Of a DNA stretch of 64,000 nt, positions 13,690-30,127 are shown one piece after another. The translations under genes were made by a program, and so were the position numbers. Position 1 is the first letter of the stretch. Each line of letters starts with the position of its first letter. The notes under the pieces are model-generated. The model was not told the origin of the DNA. It ran no database searches and saw only the letters and a program-made list of their open reading frames with translations. Origin of the DNA: Eledone cirrhosa. Taxonomy: Eukaryota. Where the stretch lies: positions 31,620,001-31,684,000 of the forward strand of contig OZ024756.1 of the NCBI GenBank assembly GCA_964016885.1. The letters are read 5' to 3'.

Positions 13690-14200
13690 CAGAAGATGAA
13701 GAAGAACACAAAGAAGAAAAAGTAGAACTGAAGAAGAAGAAGAAGAAGAAGGCGAAGAAGAAGGAGAAGAAGAAGAAGAAGAAGAAGAAGAAGAAGAAGA
13801 AGAAGAAGAAGAAGAAGAAGAAGAAGAAGAAGAAGAAGAAGAAGAGGAGAAGTTGAAGAAGAAGAAGGAGGAAGAGGAGAAGGGGAAGAAGAAGAAGAAG
13901 GAAGAGGAGGAGGAGAAAGGGAAGAAGAAGAAGAAGGAATAGGAAGAGAAGGAGAAGTTGAAGAAGAAAAAGAAGGAAGAGGAGAAGGGGAAGATTAAGA
14001 AGAAGGAAGAGGAGAAGGGGAAGAAGAAGGAAGAAGGAAGAGGAGGAGGAAAAGGGGGAAAAGAAGAAGAAGAAGGAAGATGAAGAGGAGGAGGGGAAGG
14101 GGAAGAAGAAGAAGGAAGAGGAGGAGGAGAAGGGGAAGAAGAAGAAGAAGGAAGAGGAGGAAGAGAAGAAGAAGGTGGAGGAGGAAGAGGAAAGGGAAGA
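13690..14200 (+). repeat. Polypurine (GAA/GGA) low-complexity tract
   Basis: Near-pure A/G run including a long (GAA)n. Confidence 0.9.
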
Positions 14201-14250
14201 CTGGCGAGGAAAATGAAGTCGAAGATGAAACGACTGAGGTAAAAAATTGC

Positions 14251-14940
14251 AGATATATACAGGTATATACAGGTATATACAGGTATATACCTGTATATAC
14301 CTGTATATAGATGTATATACATATATATGCAGGTATATACAGGTATATACAGGTATATACATGTATATACAGGTATATACAGGTATATACATGTATATAC
14401 AGGTATATACAGGTATATACAGGTATATACATGTATATACCTGTATATAGATGTATATACATATATATGCAGGTATATACAGGTATATACAGGTATATAC
14501 ATGTATATACAGGTATATACAGGTATATACATGAATATACAGGTATATACAGGTATATACATGTATATACAGGTATATACATGTATATACAGGTATATAC
14601 AGGTATATACAGGTATATACATGTATATACCTGTATATAGATGTATATACATATATATGCAGGTATATACAGGTATATACAGGTATATACATGAATATAC
14701 AGGTATATACAGGTATATACATGTATATACAGGTATATACATGTATATACAGGTATATACAGGTATGTACAGGTATATACATGTATGTACAGGTATATAC
14801 ACGTATATAGATGTATATACATATATATGCAGGTATATACAGGTATATACATGTATATAGATGTATATGCCTGTATATACAGGTATATACAGGTATATAC
14901 AGGTATATAGAGGTATATACATGTATATAGAGGTATATAC
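14251..14940 (+). repeat. 10-bp minisatellite (AGGTATATAC and variants), ~69 units
   Basis: Strict 10-nt periodicity. The variant block ctgtatatag-atgtatatac-atatatatgc recurs at ~14301, 14441, 14631 and, slightly altered, 14801. Confidence 0.95.
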
Positions 14941-15134
14941 AATTATATACACATATACGGGTATATAAATAGAACGGCAAGAGAGAGAGAGAGAGAGAGA
15001 GAGAGGGAAAGCGAGAGGGGAGAGAGAGTAAGAGAGGTGTTGACAGAGAAAGAAGGAGAGAGAGAGGGGAAAGAGAGTGAGAGAGAGAGAAAGAGTGTAA
15101 GAAGAAAGAAAGAGAATGTAGATAGAGAGAGATA

Positions 15135-15222
<88 letters not shown>

Positions 15223-15374
15223 AAAGAATTGAGCAACAGAAATTTATGGTTTTCAATTTTTAAATATTTTTTGATAATTTTGTTTTTAGTTTTTGTTTCA
15301 TTTATTTTTTTGTTTGATATTACAATATTTCACTTTGAAGTTTCAGGTAGAAATATAAAGTGTGTGTATATATG

Positions 15375-15460
<86 letters not shown>

Positions 15461-15462
15461 TT

Positions 15463-15501
<39 letters not shown>

Positions 15502-15506
15502 GTATA

Positions 15507-15619
<113 letters not shown>

Positions 15620-15625
15620 ATATGT

Positions 15626-15789
<164 letters not shown>

Positions 15790-15835
15790 GAAAAGTATAG
15801 AAATTATTTTGAGCAGAAGCACACAGTATTTCATA

Positions 15836-15955
<120 letters not shown>

Positions 15956-16033
15956 TTATATATATATATATGTATAGATACATATTTATATATACATATA
16001 TGAATGTATCATATATATATACACACACATATA

Positions 16034-16133
<100 letters not shown>

Positions 16134-16282
16134 CATACATATATACATACATACACACACACACACATAAAAAAACATGCGTATGTTTGATCTAAATGTG
16201 TATGAAGATGTGAAGATACCATCCACATGAAAGGGTATCAAATCTAGTTTCGCGCAGTAAATATATGTATATATATACGTGT

Positions 16283-16321
<39 letters not shown>

Positions 16322-16339
16322 TATACACGACATTTAAGT

Positions 16340-16880
16340 ATTTCATGAGAACAATGCCAGCCATGTGAATTAAATTTGCTCCAGAGAGAAAGGCTAACAG
16401 ACACAAAAATATAAATCCCTCAAATAGAAAAATATTTATGAAACGCCGAAGAACGAAGATTTCAAATCATTTAAATATACCATTAAATAAAAGAATACAA
16501 TCCCATATGAAACAGACACTGCTTGAAATTGTAATTGAACTCAAGGACTCCCAGGAAAAGGAGAAGGTGGAAAGGGAAGACAAGGCTATAGAACATATAC
16601 AAACGAAAGAACTTATATAGAACCCTAAAGCCTTTGGTAAATTCGCCAAAGAATCTGCTTCACTACATTGCAAGATATGGCCACTGTTCCATGAAAACGG
16701 CTGACTGACTGCATATACCCAAACGATAAATGGAATACTAAATAAGCAATGAAAAAGTGTTATTACTCTTGAGATGAGACACATGCAAATAAATAAGTTA
16801 GATGAGTTCTTTGACATCATGTTCTACAGATATGTTAACCATCAATTACATAAATATAAAGGAAGAAGATACGAGCATCC
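16340..16880 (+). mobile_element. Decayed CR1/L2-group LINE ORF2 fragment (endonuclease-RT linker)
   Basis: Translation ...EREDKAIEHI..NPKAFGKFAKE..KIWPLFHENG*LT...GILNKQ*KSVIT resembles the NPK.F...K...IGPL...G.....ILN.QF.SVFT linker of CR1-group LINEs. Multiple stops. Confidence 0.7.
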
Positions 16881-17269
16881 GTCGTTCGAACGAGGAGGAG
16901 GGGGGGGGGGCTAGCAGAGCAGATATGAAAAATTACAGACCTCCCTACTGTAGGGATTCGAGATATTATGTTATTGTTATTGTTATTCATATCCAAAGAT
17001 AGATATATTGGTAAATATAGATGAATAGATAAAGATAGATGGTGCATATATTGTCTGCACGAGCGCACGAACAGAAGGACGTGTTTTTACTGCCGGCTGC
17101 ATATCACAAAATCGAATTTCATTTGAGGATATCGTTCTCATAACACCAACAAATGCATGAATTACATCTTGATTGCATGGGAGAACCGTTGAAATAATTA
17201 TAATGAATAAACGATTTATGTAAGATCAGCATCTTTATTAATGTTATTATTATATATATACATATATAG

Positions 17270-17447
17270 GGCGGTCGATTGGCAGTATCGGTAGAGGGTC
17301 GGACGCCATGCTTTGCATCAAAGAGTTACGGCCCTTTATGGTCTGAGTTCAAATCCCGCCGAGGTTAACTTTACGGGGCTCGATGAAATAAAGTACCAGT
17401 AAAACACTGAGATAATTGCTGGCCTTGTGCCAAAAATAGAAACAATT
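17270..17447 (+). mobile_element. SINE family 1 copy (internal deletion)
   Basis: Aligns to 10590-10775. Confidence 0.8.
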
Positions 17448-17770
17448 ATTATATATATATATATATATATAGATAGATATATAGGTAGCTATCTATAACT
17501 ACAACTGAGCATCTTGTTAATACTGAGAGAGAGAGAGAGAGAGAGATAGAGAGAGAGAGAGATAGAAGAAGAATCGGTGGGATTCGAACTCAAAACGAAT
17601 ACGGCTAAGTATCTTATCCGACATATATAATAACACTGTTTAAATGAGATAATTTTAAAATATTTTTTCTTTGGTTTTTCTCTCATTATTTTCAGTTCAA
17701 ATATCTAGTCAGGATTTCTACAGATACGGTTGTTCCTTTCTGCGTATATTTATATTAAGATCTTCTATTG

Positions 17771-17828
<58 letters not shown>

Positions 17829-17935
17829 ATAATAATAATAATAATAATAATAATTACACCAATATGTATGTCGGTATGTATATATGAAGGTATGTATATG
17901 CATATATATACACATATATATGAAGGTACGTATAT

Positions 17936-18013
<78 letters not shown>

Positions 18014-18027
18014 GTATATATATATAA

Positions 18028-18068
<41 letters not shown>

Positions 18069-18669
18069 CTCAGATATATTATATATGTATAAATATATCA
18101 ATGTCTATATATTATATATGTATACATATATATTATGTATTATATATATATATATATATATATATACATACATTCCCTAGCATTTTCCTCCCAATCAGAT
18201 CGATAACATTAACAATAATAATAATTGATTTGCAAATAACAGCACCATCCCCACCATCAACGCCACCACCAAGAACAACAACATCACCACCACCTCTGCC
18301 ACCATCACCACCATCTCCTCCACCACCAACAACAACAACAACAACGACCAAGACCATCATCACCACCATCACCACCATCACCACCACCACCACTACCACC
18401 ACCAATACAACCTCCACCACCAGTACCACCAACGACCTCGTCAACACTAACAACAATAAAAAGAACATTAAAATATAATAATAATAATAGTAATAGCAAT
18501 AATAATAAAAAATATATTGATAATGATAATCATTGTATATAAGTTATACAGGCGCCTGCGGTTGTATGGTAAAGAAGAAGGAAAGCATAGTTTACTCAAA
18601 TTACTGTTGCATTAAAACGCATTGAAATTTGCTAATGGTTATAGCTTTTCATCATTATAATTTTTTTAC

Positions 18670-18845
18670 TTTTGCTCAGACGCCGTAGGTTCGAATTCCA
18701 TTGGTATATAGCAGAAGATCGTTGATTCTTTTAGAAGATTCGCCAACAATTTCGTTACCATTGTACTAAAAATATATTTTTTTTCAATAGCACTAATTTG
18801 CTGAGAATTTTCGAAGATTTCCATCAAATATCCCGTAGACGTTAA
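18670..18845 (-). CDS. Candidate coding exon of an unidentified minus-strand gene (LTSTGYLMEIFENSQQISAIEKKYIFSTMVTKLLANLLKESTIFCYIPMEFEPTASEQ)
   Basis: Pyrimidine-rich acceptor, 58 open codons with protein-like composition, weak GT donor. No homology recognised. Confidence 0.35.
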
Positions 18846-18953
18846 CTTAAAAATAAAACAGAAACAAAAAAGTTGAATATATGAATGTGTATGTATGTAT
18901 GTATGTATGTATGTATGTATGTATGTATGTATGTATGTATGTATGTATGTAGG

Positions 18954-19008
<55 letters not shown>

Positions 19009-19031
19009 ATAAATATATATACATACATATA

Positions 19032-19089
<58 letters not shown>

Positions 19090-19273
19090 TATATATATAT
19101 AATAAGAATTAAAAAGACTTAATGAGATAGGGTATATGTATACATATGTATATATGCATATATGTATGTATATCTATCTATCTATCTATCTATCTATCAT
19201 CTATCTATTTATATATACGTATATATATATATGCTATGTACACACACACGCACAGAGAGATCCTCCCATATAT

Positions 19274-19307
<34 letters not shown>

Positions 19308-19511
19308 GTATATGTATATATATTTAGTTAGTTAAGTTTTCAGCTAACAATAAATATGAAAAACTCTTATTGAGTACTTCTATTTCTCCTTCTTGTACGT
19401 CCAATTCTTTCGGACATAAAATATTCACACACACAGACGCATATACATACACCCACTTATGTTAGTATATACATGCACGCAAGCATATGTATGTATATAT
19501 GTATATATGTA

Positions 19512-19543
<32 letters not shown>

Positions 19544-19548
19544 CACAC

Positions 19549-19627
<79 letters not shown>

Positions 19628-19704
19628 TATATATGTATATATATGTGTATATATATAATACATATATTATACACAAACACATATATATCTTGCATAAACA
19701 TTTT

Positions 19705-19738
<34 letters not shown>

Positions 19739-19779
19739 CTCTATTTTTTAAAAAATATATACATATATATATACATATA

Positions 19780-19818
<39 letters not shown>

Positions 19819-19844
19819 TCACACACACACACATATATATATAC

Positions 19845-19883
<39 letters not shown>

Positions 19884-19904
19884 AATATATATACACACAT
19901 ACAT

Positions 19905-19937
<33 letters not shown>

Positions 19938-20329
19938 CAAATATAAATATAAATATATATAAAATATATATATATATACATATTCATACATAAATATACA
20001 TCTATATACAGACACATGCACACACATGCACACACATGCACACACATACACTAACCATACAACATGAATATATGTATGATTATTCACAAATGAACATTTA
20101 AAGATAGATGTTTAAACATAGAGATGCCTGCAGACGAAATGGCGGTCAAAACTCCAACCAGTAGCTTCCGTTCTATTTTGTAATTATTACTAACTCAAAC
20201 CTAAAATCAAATGCAATTATTTTTCTTGTTTGTGCCGCTCCCTAAATAGCTTTCTGGCTCCGGGATAAGACAGTGAGTAGCTTAATATGGTACCAATGTC
20301 GAATGAATCCCTAGCATAGGAAAGCGAAG

Positions 20330-20386
<57 letters not shown>

Positions 20387-20421
20387 TATGTAAGTGTATA
20401 TTTATATACATACATAAATAC

Positions 20422-20456
<35 letters not shown>

Positions 20457-20586
20457 TGTATGTATGTATGTATGTATGTATGTATGTATGTATGTATGTA
20501 TGTATGTATGTATATATATATATATACATATATATGTATTTATGTATATATATATATGTATATGTATATATATATGTGTATATATA

Positions 20587-20629
<43 letters not shown>

Positions 20630-20702
20630 TTATGTTCGGGCATATGTTTGCATATAAGTGTTAATGTACGTTATAATATATACATACACACACACATATG
20701 TA

Positions 20703-20895
<193 letters not shown>

Positions 20896-21005
20896 ATATA
20901 TATATATGTATGTATATATATATATGTATGTATATATGTATGAGATATATATATATACATATATATATGTATATATATATATGAGATATATATATATACA
21001 TATGA

Positions 21006-21071
<66 letters not shown>

Positions 21072-21192
21072 TGAAATGTATATATATATATATATATATA
21101 CTCAAATATATATAATTACATATATATATATAGAGAGAGGGAGAGAGAGAAGGAGAGTGTGTATGTATGTATATAAAGAGAAAAAGAGTAGC

Positions 21193-21230
<38 letters not shown>

Positions 21231-21550
21231 AATATATATATATACATATATATGCATTTCAATATTCTCTTTCAACTGGCATTACACACATGTATGAATG
21301 TATTTAACATGGAGATAATTTTATTAATGTGATTGGATTGGATTTTAAAAACCTATAATTCCAATTATTTTTTCAGCCCTTTTCTCCCCCCCCTCTCTCT
21401 ATCTATATATCTATATATGTATACAGCCTCCCTTTTCCCTATACACACACACACACACACATATGTATATATATAAATATATATACATATATATATATAT
21501 ACATGTATATAATATATATATATATATGTATATATATATGTATGTATATA

Positions 21551-21628
<78 letters not shown>

Positions 21629-21637
21629 CATACATAC

Positions 21638-21741
<104 letters not shown>

Positions 21742-22796
21742 GCACACACAATGCATCCATATATATACATATATATATTTTGATGTACAAAAGAATGAGG
21801 AATATGGAAGCGCATAAGTAATCCATATAGTTGTGTTTATTCATACATTTATGAATCTTTCGTTGGAATATATGAATATATATTTACATCGTAAAAATAA
21901 GCTAACATCAAAAGAATGTAGTGGTATTTATATATAGATCTACTGAAGGAATTATCTATACAGGCACCGAGCCTCATTTTACCTTAGTTAAAGTTAAAGT
22001 CTGTCCTAAGCCAAGTGTCTAGCTTGACTGAACCTTACCCCGATTTCGTTTGGGGTTATGTGACTCAGTGTGAGTAAATGATTCATACATGAACAGGATA
22101 CCAGTCTGTTATAGAATAGAATAAATCCCACAAGCTATTTCGGGTCGTTTGGTTGGCTACTAAACCGGCAACCCTACCAAGCTTTCTTGGTGAAGAGGGG
22201 GATTTTTGGAGGTACAGCAAGATGGAAAACAAAACCCGTCAAAGGGCGGAGAAACGCAGGAGAGTCAACGGCCATGTAATAGTGTGTAAAAAAGAAACAA
22301 AACAAAAATAAAAAAACAGGTACTCAGAGCCCTTTAGTCTTGGTTGGCTATGTTTCTAAGAAAAGGGTCGTACTAATTACAAAACCTGGGTAAATGGGAC
22401 TACTTAGTCACATTGGTGACTTTAGTGGGAATTTTGCGTGTACGTGTGTATGTGTAGATATGTACGTGTTTTAAAAGTTGTAAATGTTTTATCAGTTATT
22501 TCGCATATTTCCTTGTGAGCCTTTAGCAGCTCAGTTGGAAGAGCTATAATGATTAAATACCCAACCTAATCAACGTTTCTAGATTTTTCACTGTTACATC
22601 ATCAGGATGTGGAAAAGATTTTCACAGTCGCATCATCAGGATGTTAGCGAAGAAAAAAAGGCTTAAAATTTAATAAAGTACCTCTGCCCACAAAACACAC
22701 ATATATGCATATATATGTATATATATATATATATATACGACAAAAAACAACATATCGACAGACCTATACATGTATATATGTGTATATATATACATG

Positions 22797-22863
<67 letters not shown>

Positions 22864-22970
22864 GGTGTAAGAGGGAGAAGCTTATATAAGGCTTCCTTTT
22901 ATGTTCAATCATTCTTGACAAGGGACAAACATAACAACATTGTCTGAGGAAAGACACATACAGGTATATC

Positions 22971-23001
<31 letters not shown>

Positions 23002-23185
23002 CCCCCCCCCACACACACATACACCCACACACAATCACACATTCACATACACACATATGTTCACACACACAAACATACATACAAAGAAACACAAACACAA
23101 ACGCAAACTTAAAACTTTTACACACACACAGATAGACAGACAGAATAAAATACACAGAAACACTCAGACTCACACACACACACAG

Positions 23186-23216
<31 letters not shown>

Positions 23217-23517
23217 AATTACACACAAGCATAAATACGCACACACATACAAACAGACATACATATAGTCACACGCAGAGACAGAAATAGATACACCCAA
23301 ACATGCACAAACACACATACATAAACACACATAACCACAGAGAAAAACTAAAGAGACACACAAACACAAATACAGAGATACAAGCAAAAACGTACACAGG
23401 CACAAATAAAACATACTCACATATACATACACACACTCATACATATATATATATGTACAAATACATACACATATCGATATGTTGTGTATATGTATATATA
23501 TATATAAATATATATAT

Positions 23518-23550
<33 letters not shown>

Positions 23551-23926
23551 TACACACACACACATATATATATGTATACGTGTGTGTGTGTATATGTGTG
23601 TGTATGTGTATATGTGTGTGTATATGTGTATGTGTGTGTGTATATATATATATATTTATATACAAACACATCTGTTTGTGGATGCATATGTGGGCATATC
23701 GATGTGTACGTCATGTATGCATGCATATATGCATATGTGTGTGCATGTGTGTGTGTGTGTATGTGTGTGTGTGTATATGTGTGTGTGTGTATTTCTCTCT
23801 ATGATATATCGATAAATTGATATTTCTTTTTCTGCCTTAGGGAGTAAAAGTAAAAATATAAACAATTTATCTTCACTTAAAACAGAGTTTACTCGAGGGA
23901 AATAGAAAACAATATATATACATATC

Positions 23927-23972
<46 letters not shown>

Positions 23973-24054
23973 TATATATATATATAGGTATATATATAAA
24001 TATTTATATTTATACATATATATAATTATACATAAAGAAAAGGTAACAATATCA

Positions 24055-24158
<104 letters not shown>

Positions 24159-24159
24159 A

Positions 24160-24202
<43 letters not shown>

Positions 24203-24210
24203 ATATATGC

Positions 24211-24264
<54 letters not shown>

Positions 24265-24605
24265 TTATATATATATATAATAAAATACATACATATATAC
24301 ATATATACATATATACATATATACATATATACACATATATACACGTATACAGACATTCACATATACACATACGTATATATACTCACCTTGTATAAAATAT
24401 CAAAATATCGAAGAGATAGAAAATACTTAAATATGTTTTATACGAGGCAAAAGAATTTTATCCATCAGCGCGTCTTGGCGCTTGCATGATCAAGCGTGAC
24501 GTATTTTGATTGATCCATTGTCAATATTTATGCATCGATGATATTCGGTAACCAATCGAAAAATGTGATTTTGCCTCCTCACAAGACGCCATTGTGTGTA
24601 CGTCA

Positions 24606-24698
<93 letters not shown>

Positions 24699-24700
24699 TG

Positions 24701-24826
<126 letters not shown>

Positions 24827-24861
24827 GACATATACATATATATGTATATGTATGTATGTAT

Positions 24862-24923
<62 letters not shown>

Positions 24924-25187
24924 TTATATATATATATATACACACACACATATATATATATATACATGTATATACATATATTTACATATATACACATATA
25001 TATATGTTTATTTTATATTTATTTTCGTTTTTATTTCCCATTCTTCCTCTCGTTTTTTTTTTGTTTTAATGTTTGCTTTGCTGGCTGGTTTCTAGAAAAA
25101 TCGAAACGAAACCTAAAATTATATAGATATACGAAATTTTTTTATCTTCTATCTATCTGTTACTTCACTTCTTTCTCTCGATATATA

Positions 25188-25319
<132 letters not shown>

Positions 25320-25602
25320 TGTGTGTGTGTCTGTGTGTGTGTCTGTGTGTGCGTATCATATAGAAATGTAAAAAAAAAAGCTACAACAAAAAACAATATC
25401 ATGAAATATTTCTGAAACAACGGCAATGAAAATAAACTTAAACTAACGAAATAAAACGAAATAGGACAAATGGATAAAGAAAAATAATAATTTAATAACA
25501 ATACAAATATAATACTGATATTTTTTTTAACGGGGGCTTGTTGGCTTAGCTTTTGTTTATATATATATATATATATTTATATATGTGTATAAATATATAT
25601 AA

Positions 25603-25671
<69 letters not shown>

Positions 25672-25710
25672 CACATATATATGTAAATATATCTTTAGAA
25701 ACATATATAC

Positions 25711-25761
<51 letters not shown>

Positions 25762-25818
25762 TATATACATACATATATGTAGTAAATATATCTATAGAAA
25801 CGTATATGTATATATATT

Positions 25819-25952
<134 letters not shown>

Positions 25953-26121
25953 ACGTATTTTGATATTATTCTAATATGATTTTTATTGTAATGAAAGGGA
26001 TGTTGAAATTAATTTCTTTATGAAGAAATAGATCTTTCGTGTTTCTCAGTCGTTAAAGTGTCCGACCTGCTTGATAAATTACTTGGCTTCATTGTGTTTA
26101 AGATACTATGTCTTTGTATGT

Positions 26122-26161
<40 letters not shown>

Positions 26162-26820
26162 AATAGAATGAAACGAAATTTCATTTCTCACTCTTAGTAC
26201 GGCACTTACTTAAATGTAAGTATATATGTATGTATACGTACATACATATATGTATACAGACGTACAGTAGTATGTATATATATACATACATGCACACATA
26301 TATATGTGCACGTATCGGTTTACCGAATATTTATTATAATGCTCGGTTTGTTTGTTTGTAAACAAACAAACAGCCCGAATTACGCCGTACAGTGTTTAGG
26401 CAACCACGTGACCTTTTTGTTCAACACTGACACAGGAACGATGTACTAGTTTTAAGCTTATTAGCTATCGTCAGCATCGTATACCTTCCTGCCAGATGGT
26501 TGAACGTCTGAAAGTATATACTTTCCTTATGCATATTAACGGCTGAGCAGCCTAATTTGCATATCGAGTGAGTTCAGTCGGCCGAGCACACCGAAAACGA
26601 TAAATGGAATAGAATGAAACGAAATTTAATTTCTCACTCTTAGTACGGCACTTACTTACGTACGGGCTGTTTGTTTGTTTACAAACAAACAAACCGAGCA
26701 TTATAATAAATGTTCGGTAAACCGATACGTGCATATATATATGTGTGCATGTATGTATATATATACATACTACTGTACGTCTGTATACATATATGTATGT
26801 ACGTATACATACATACTTAC

Positions 26821-26859
<39 letters not shown>

Positions 26860-26874
26860 TATGTCTATCTATCT

Positions 26875-26913
<39 letters not shown>

Positions 26914-26966
26914 CAAAAATTAAATGGAAACAACACACCAAGCAATACAATGCAATAAAGAAATAT

Positions 26967-27013
<47 letters not shown>

Positions 27014-27258
27014 CATTACTTATATATATACACCTACACACATAAGCTGATTGATTGGAAGACCTGTTTGTATGACGAATAGAATGCGATGTATGTTAGT
27101 TACGGATCCCTGATTTCTAATATCATGGAGGAGGTCAACTCTACCCATTTTCCGCGGTCGATAAAATAAAGTACCACAGAAAAACTAGGGAAGATATAAT
27201 CTCCTTTATCCTCTCACGAGATGATGAGAGTCTTTTAGATTTTGTTTTCTATTGGCAG

Positions 27259-27364
27259 GTGTAATTTCCTGGATGATTCACTGACAGAATCAACAAGATG
27301 GAGAGGAAATGACAGTGATGTTCTCTGTGGCAGCTCACGACTAAAACAGTTTGTGAAATGCATG
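27259..27364 (+). CDS. Candidate coding exon (CNFLDDSLTESTRWRGNDSDVLCGSSRLKQFVKCM); strand ambiguous
   Basis: Acceptor ttgttttctattggcag, donor atg|gtatat, single open frame. The opposite strand is also open here. Confidence 0.3.
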
Positions 27365-27412
27365 GTATATTCTAATACGAATTTATCCTTGACTGCGCGT
27401 GCAGGTGATGAC

Positions 27413-27448
<36 letters not shown>

Positions 27449-27597
27449 CACACACACACAAACACTCTCACACACAGACACACATACAGACGCACACACG
27501 CACACCACACACACACATGCACATACTTTTTTACTTTTTCACCTGTTCAAGCCACCCGGCTGAGGCCATGCTGAGGCAAAGCCCTTAAAAATTTAGA

Positions 27598-27658
27598 TGC
27601 ATCCACCGGTAAACGAACCCAACACGCCCGCGTACAGGCGAGCATTTTACCATTAGAA
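27598..27658 (-). pseudogene. Degenerate tRNA-Gly-like relic
   Basis: Minus strand ttctaatggtaaaatgctcgcctgtacgcgggcg..gggttcg..ccgg..gatgca aligns by eye with tRNA-Gly(GCC). 5' acceptor arm lost and anticodon loop damaged. Confidence 0.55.
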
Positions 27659-27662
27659 TTAT

Positions 27663-27756
<94 letters not shown>

Positions 27757-28175
27757 TTTCTCTCGACTGACCTCTTCCTCACACTTCCACTCACTCACTC
27801 TCTGTTTCTCCCCTTCTCACTTCCTTCCGTTGGCTTGTGTGGGTCTCTTCTTGCTTACATCTTACACACATAGAAACGGTCTGTACCTCTCTCGCTCATG
27901 AAATCCACCCAGATTATGCTGACCGGACAACCATGTTGCTTGTTTATTTTCCTATCTTCGGTTTGCTTTTATCCTTCTATGTTGTTTACTTGTCCCCCTC
28001 GCTTTACGCGAATTATTGGTCCCAATAACTTTTTTTAGTTATTGCTCGCACCTACCTGAGATATCTGATTTTTAATGCGATGAAATACCAATGATGGTTG
28101 GAAAATCACTGACGAAGGACTATTTTTATCATATGTAACCCATGTGCAAACCACGCAGTATTCTTCTTTCTTCTC

Positions 28176-28222
<47 letters not shown>

Positions 28223-28249
28223 ATATATATATGTATGTATGTACTCAAT

Positions 28250-28375
28250 TTCACTCACAAGCCTTGATTAAACCCCCGAGGCTATGGTAACGTACACTTG
28301 CCCAATATGTCATGTAGCGTGATTAGTCACGAGATCTCATGATTTTGAAGTAAACGCCTTCACCATTCGGCCATT
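28250..28375 (-). mobile_element. Old tRNA-derived SINE (family 3)
   Basis: ctcacaagcc..ccgaggctat..acacttgcccaa..ttcaccattcggcca pattern of a reverse-strand tRNA-SINE head. Heavily diverged. Confidence 0.5.
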
Positions 28376-28860
28376 CTCCGTCTACAATACATTACAAAAT
28401 TAATTAATAGAAAAATACAAAAAAAAAAATCAAACTTAGACTATTTGTGATGAGTCAGTATGTTTTTGATAAAGATATCTTAAAACTAAAATATTAAATA
28501 ACTAAGAAACAAACAAAAAAGAAAGCAAAAAACAAACAAACAAACAACAAAAAACCAAACAAAAAAGAAAATTAGTTTGAAGAAAAAAACAATTGTGATT
28601 ATTAATTAATTGAGACTTGCCCACAGCAAAATAAACAAAAAGCGAAAGCTATATCAACGATATCAACAATAATATCAACAATGACAGCAACATCAATATC
28701 AGCAACAACAAAAACAAAGATAACGATAACAGCAATAAAAAAAAACTTAAAAAAAAACACACCATCAACAGCAACAACAACAACACCAACATCAACAGTA
28801 TAACAACAATGATGGCAGCAATAACAACAACATTAATATAATAACAATGATGGTTGTTAC

Positions 28861-28918
28861 AGAGATGAAGATCCCAAGAAGATTCGAAGCTCGCTTTAAA
28901 TTATTCATCTTCTTCAAT
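28861..28918 (-). CDS. Candidate small exon (LKKMNNLKRASNLLGIFIS)
   Basis: Acceptor catttctccatag and GT donor. Phase-compatible with 32946-33068. Confidence 0.25.
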
Positions 28919-28964
28919 CTATGGAGAAATGCGTAACAAATTTATATTGATGCATACATACAAA

Positions 28965-29440
28965 CATGGTGGCTGCCAACTCGTTTTCGAGTACGGCCAC
29001 TACTTTATATCCATGTAGGAGAACCCCTACCGATGCGCTGAACGAGTGTGACTTTTTAGTCCAGCCAGCGACTTGAAAACTCTGGTACGAACACTACACT
29101 TGTGACAATTATTGACACATAGTGCTGGGCCCATGGTACCATGTGACGACAAGTGCAGAGAGATCTCCAGATATAAAGCAATGCCTGCGCCGTGAAGCTT
29201 TTATAGTGAGCAAAGGCACTGCACAAAGCCAGTCCCACTCTCTTAACCAAGATGATATTTACCAAAAAGAAGAACAAGTCAACATCATTGGATACCATCA
29301 GGGTTGCATACAAACATACACACATACATACATACATACATATATATATACATACATACATACAAACATACAAACATACATATATATATATATACATACA
29401 TACAAACATATAAACATATAAACATACATACATACATACA

Positions 29441-29472
<32 letters not shown>

Positions 29473-29498
29473 CATACATACGTACAAACATACATACA

Positions 29499-29534
<36 letters not shown>

Positions 29535-29898
29535 CATACATACATGGTGGCTGCCAACTCGTTTTCGAGTACGGCCACTACTTTATATCCATGTAGGAGA
29601 ACCCCTACCGACGCGCTGAACGAGTGTGACTTTTTAGTCCAGCCAGCGACTTGAAAACTCTGGTACAAACACTACACTTGTGACAATTATTGACACATAG
29701 TGCTTTACCTTTGGTACCATGTGACGACAAGTGCAGAGAGATCTCCAGATACAAAGCAATGCCTGTGCCATGAAGCTTTTATAGTGAGCAAAGGCACTGC
29801 ACAAAGCCAGTCCCACTCTCTTAACCAAGATGATATTTACCAAAAAGAGGAACAAGTCAACATCATTGGATACCATCAGGGTTGCATAAAACATACAC

Positions 29899-29929
<31 letters not shown>

Positions 29930-30021
29930 TACATACATACATACAAACATACAAACATACATATATATACATATACATACATACAAACATATAAACATAT
30001 AAACATACATACATACATACA

Positions 30022-30053
<32 letters not shown>

Positions 30054-30091
30054 CATACATACGTACAAACATACATACATACATACATACA

Positions 30092-30127
<36 letters not shown>

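Noticed and set aside
14251-14940. Regular repeat array resembling CRISPR
   Set aside because: No unique spacers, 10-bp units, eukaryotic context, no cas genes.
20217-20330. Minus-strand peptide ..[18 protein letters not shown].. faintly like a Penelope RT thumb motif
   Set aside because: Too short and too weak to call without a profile search.
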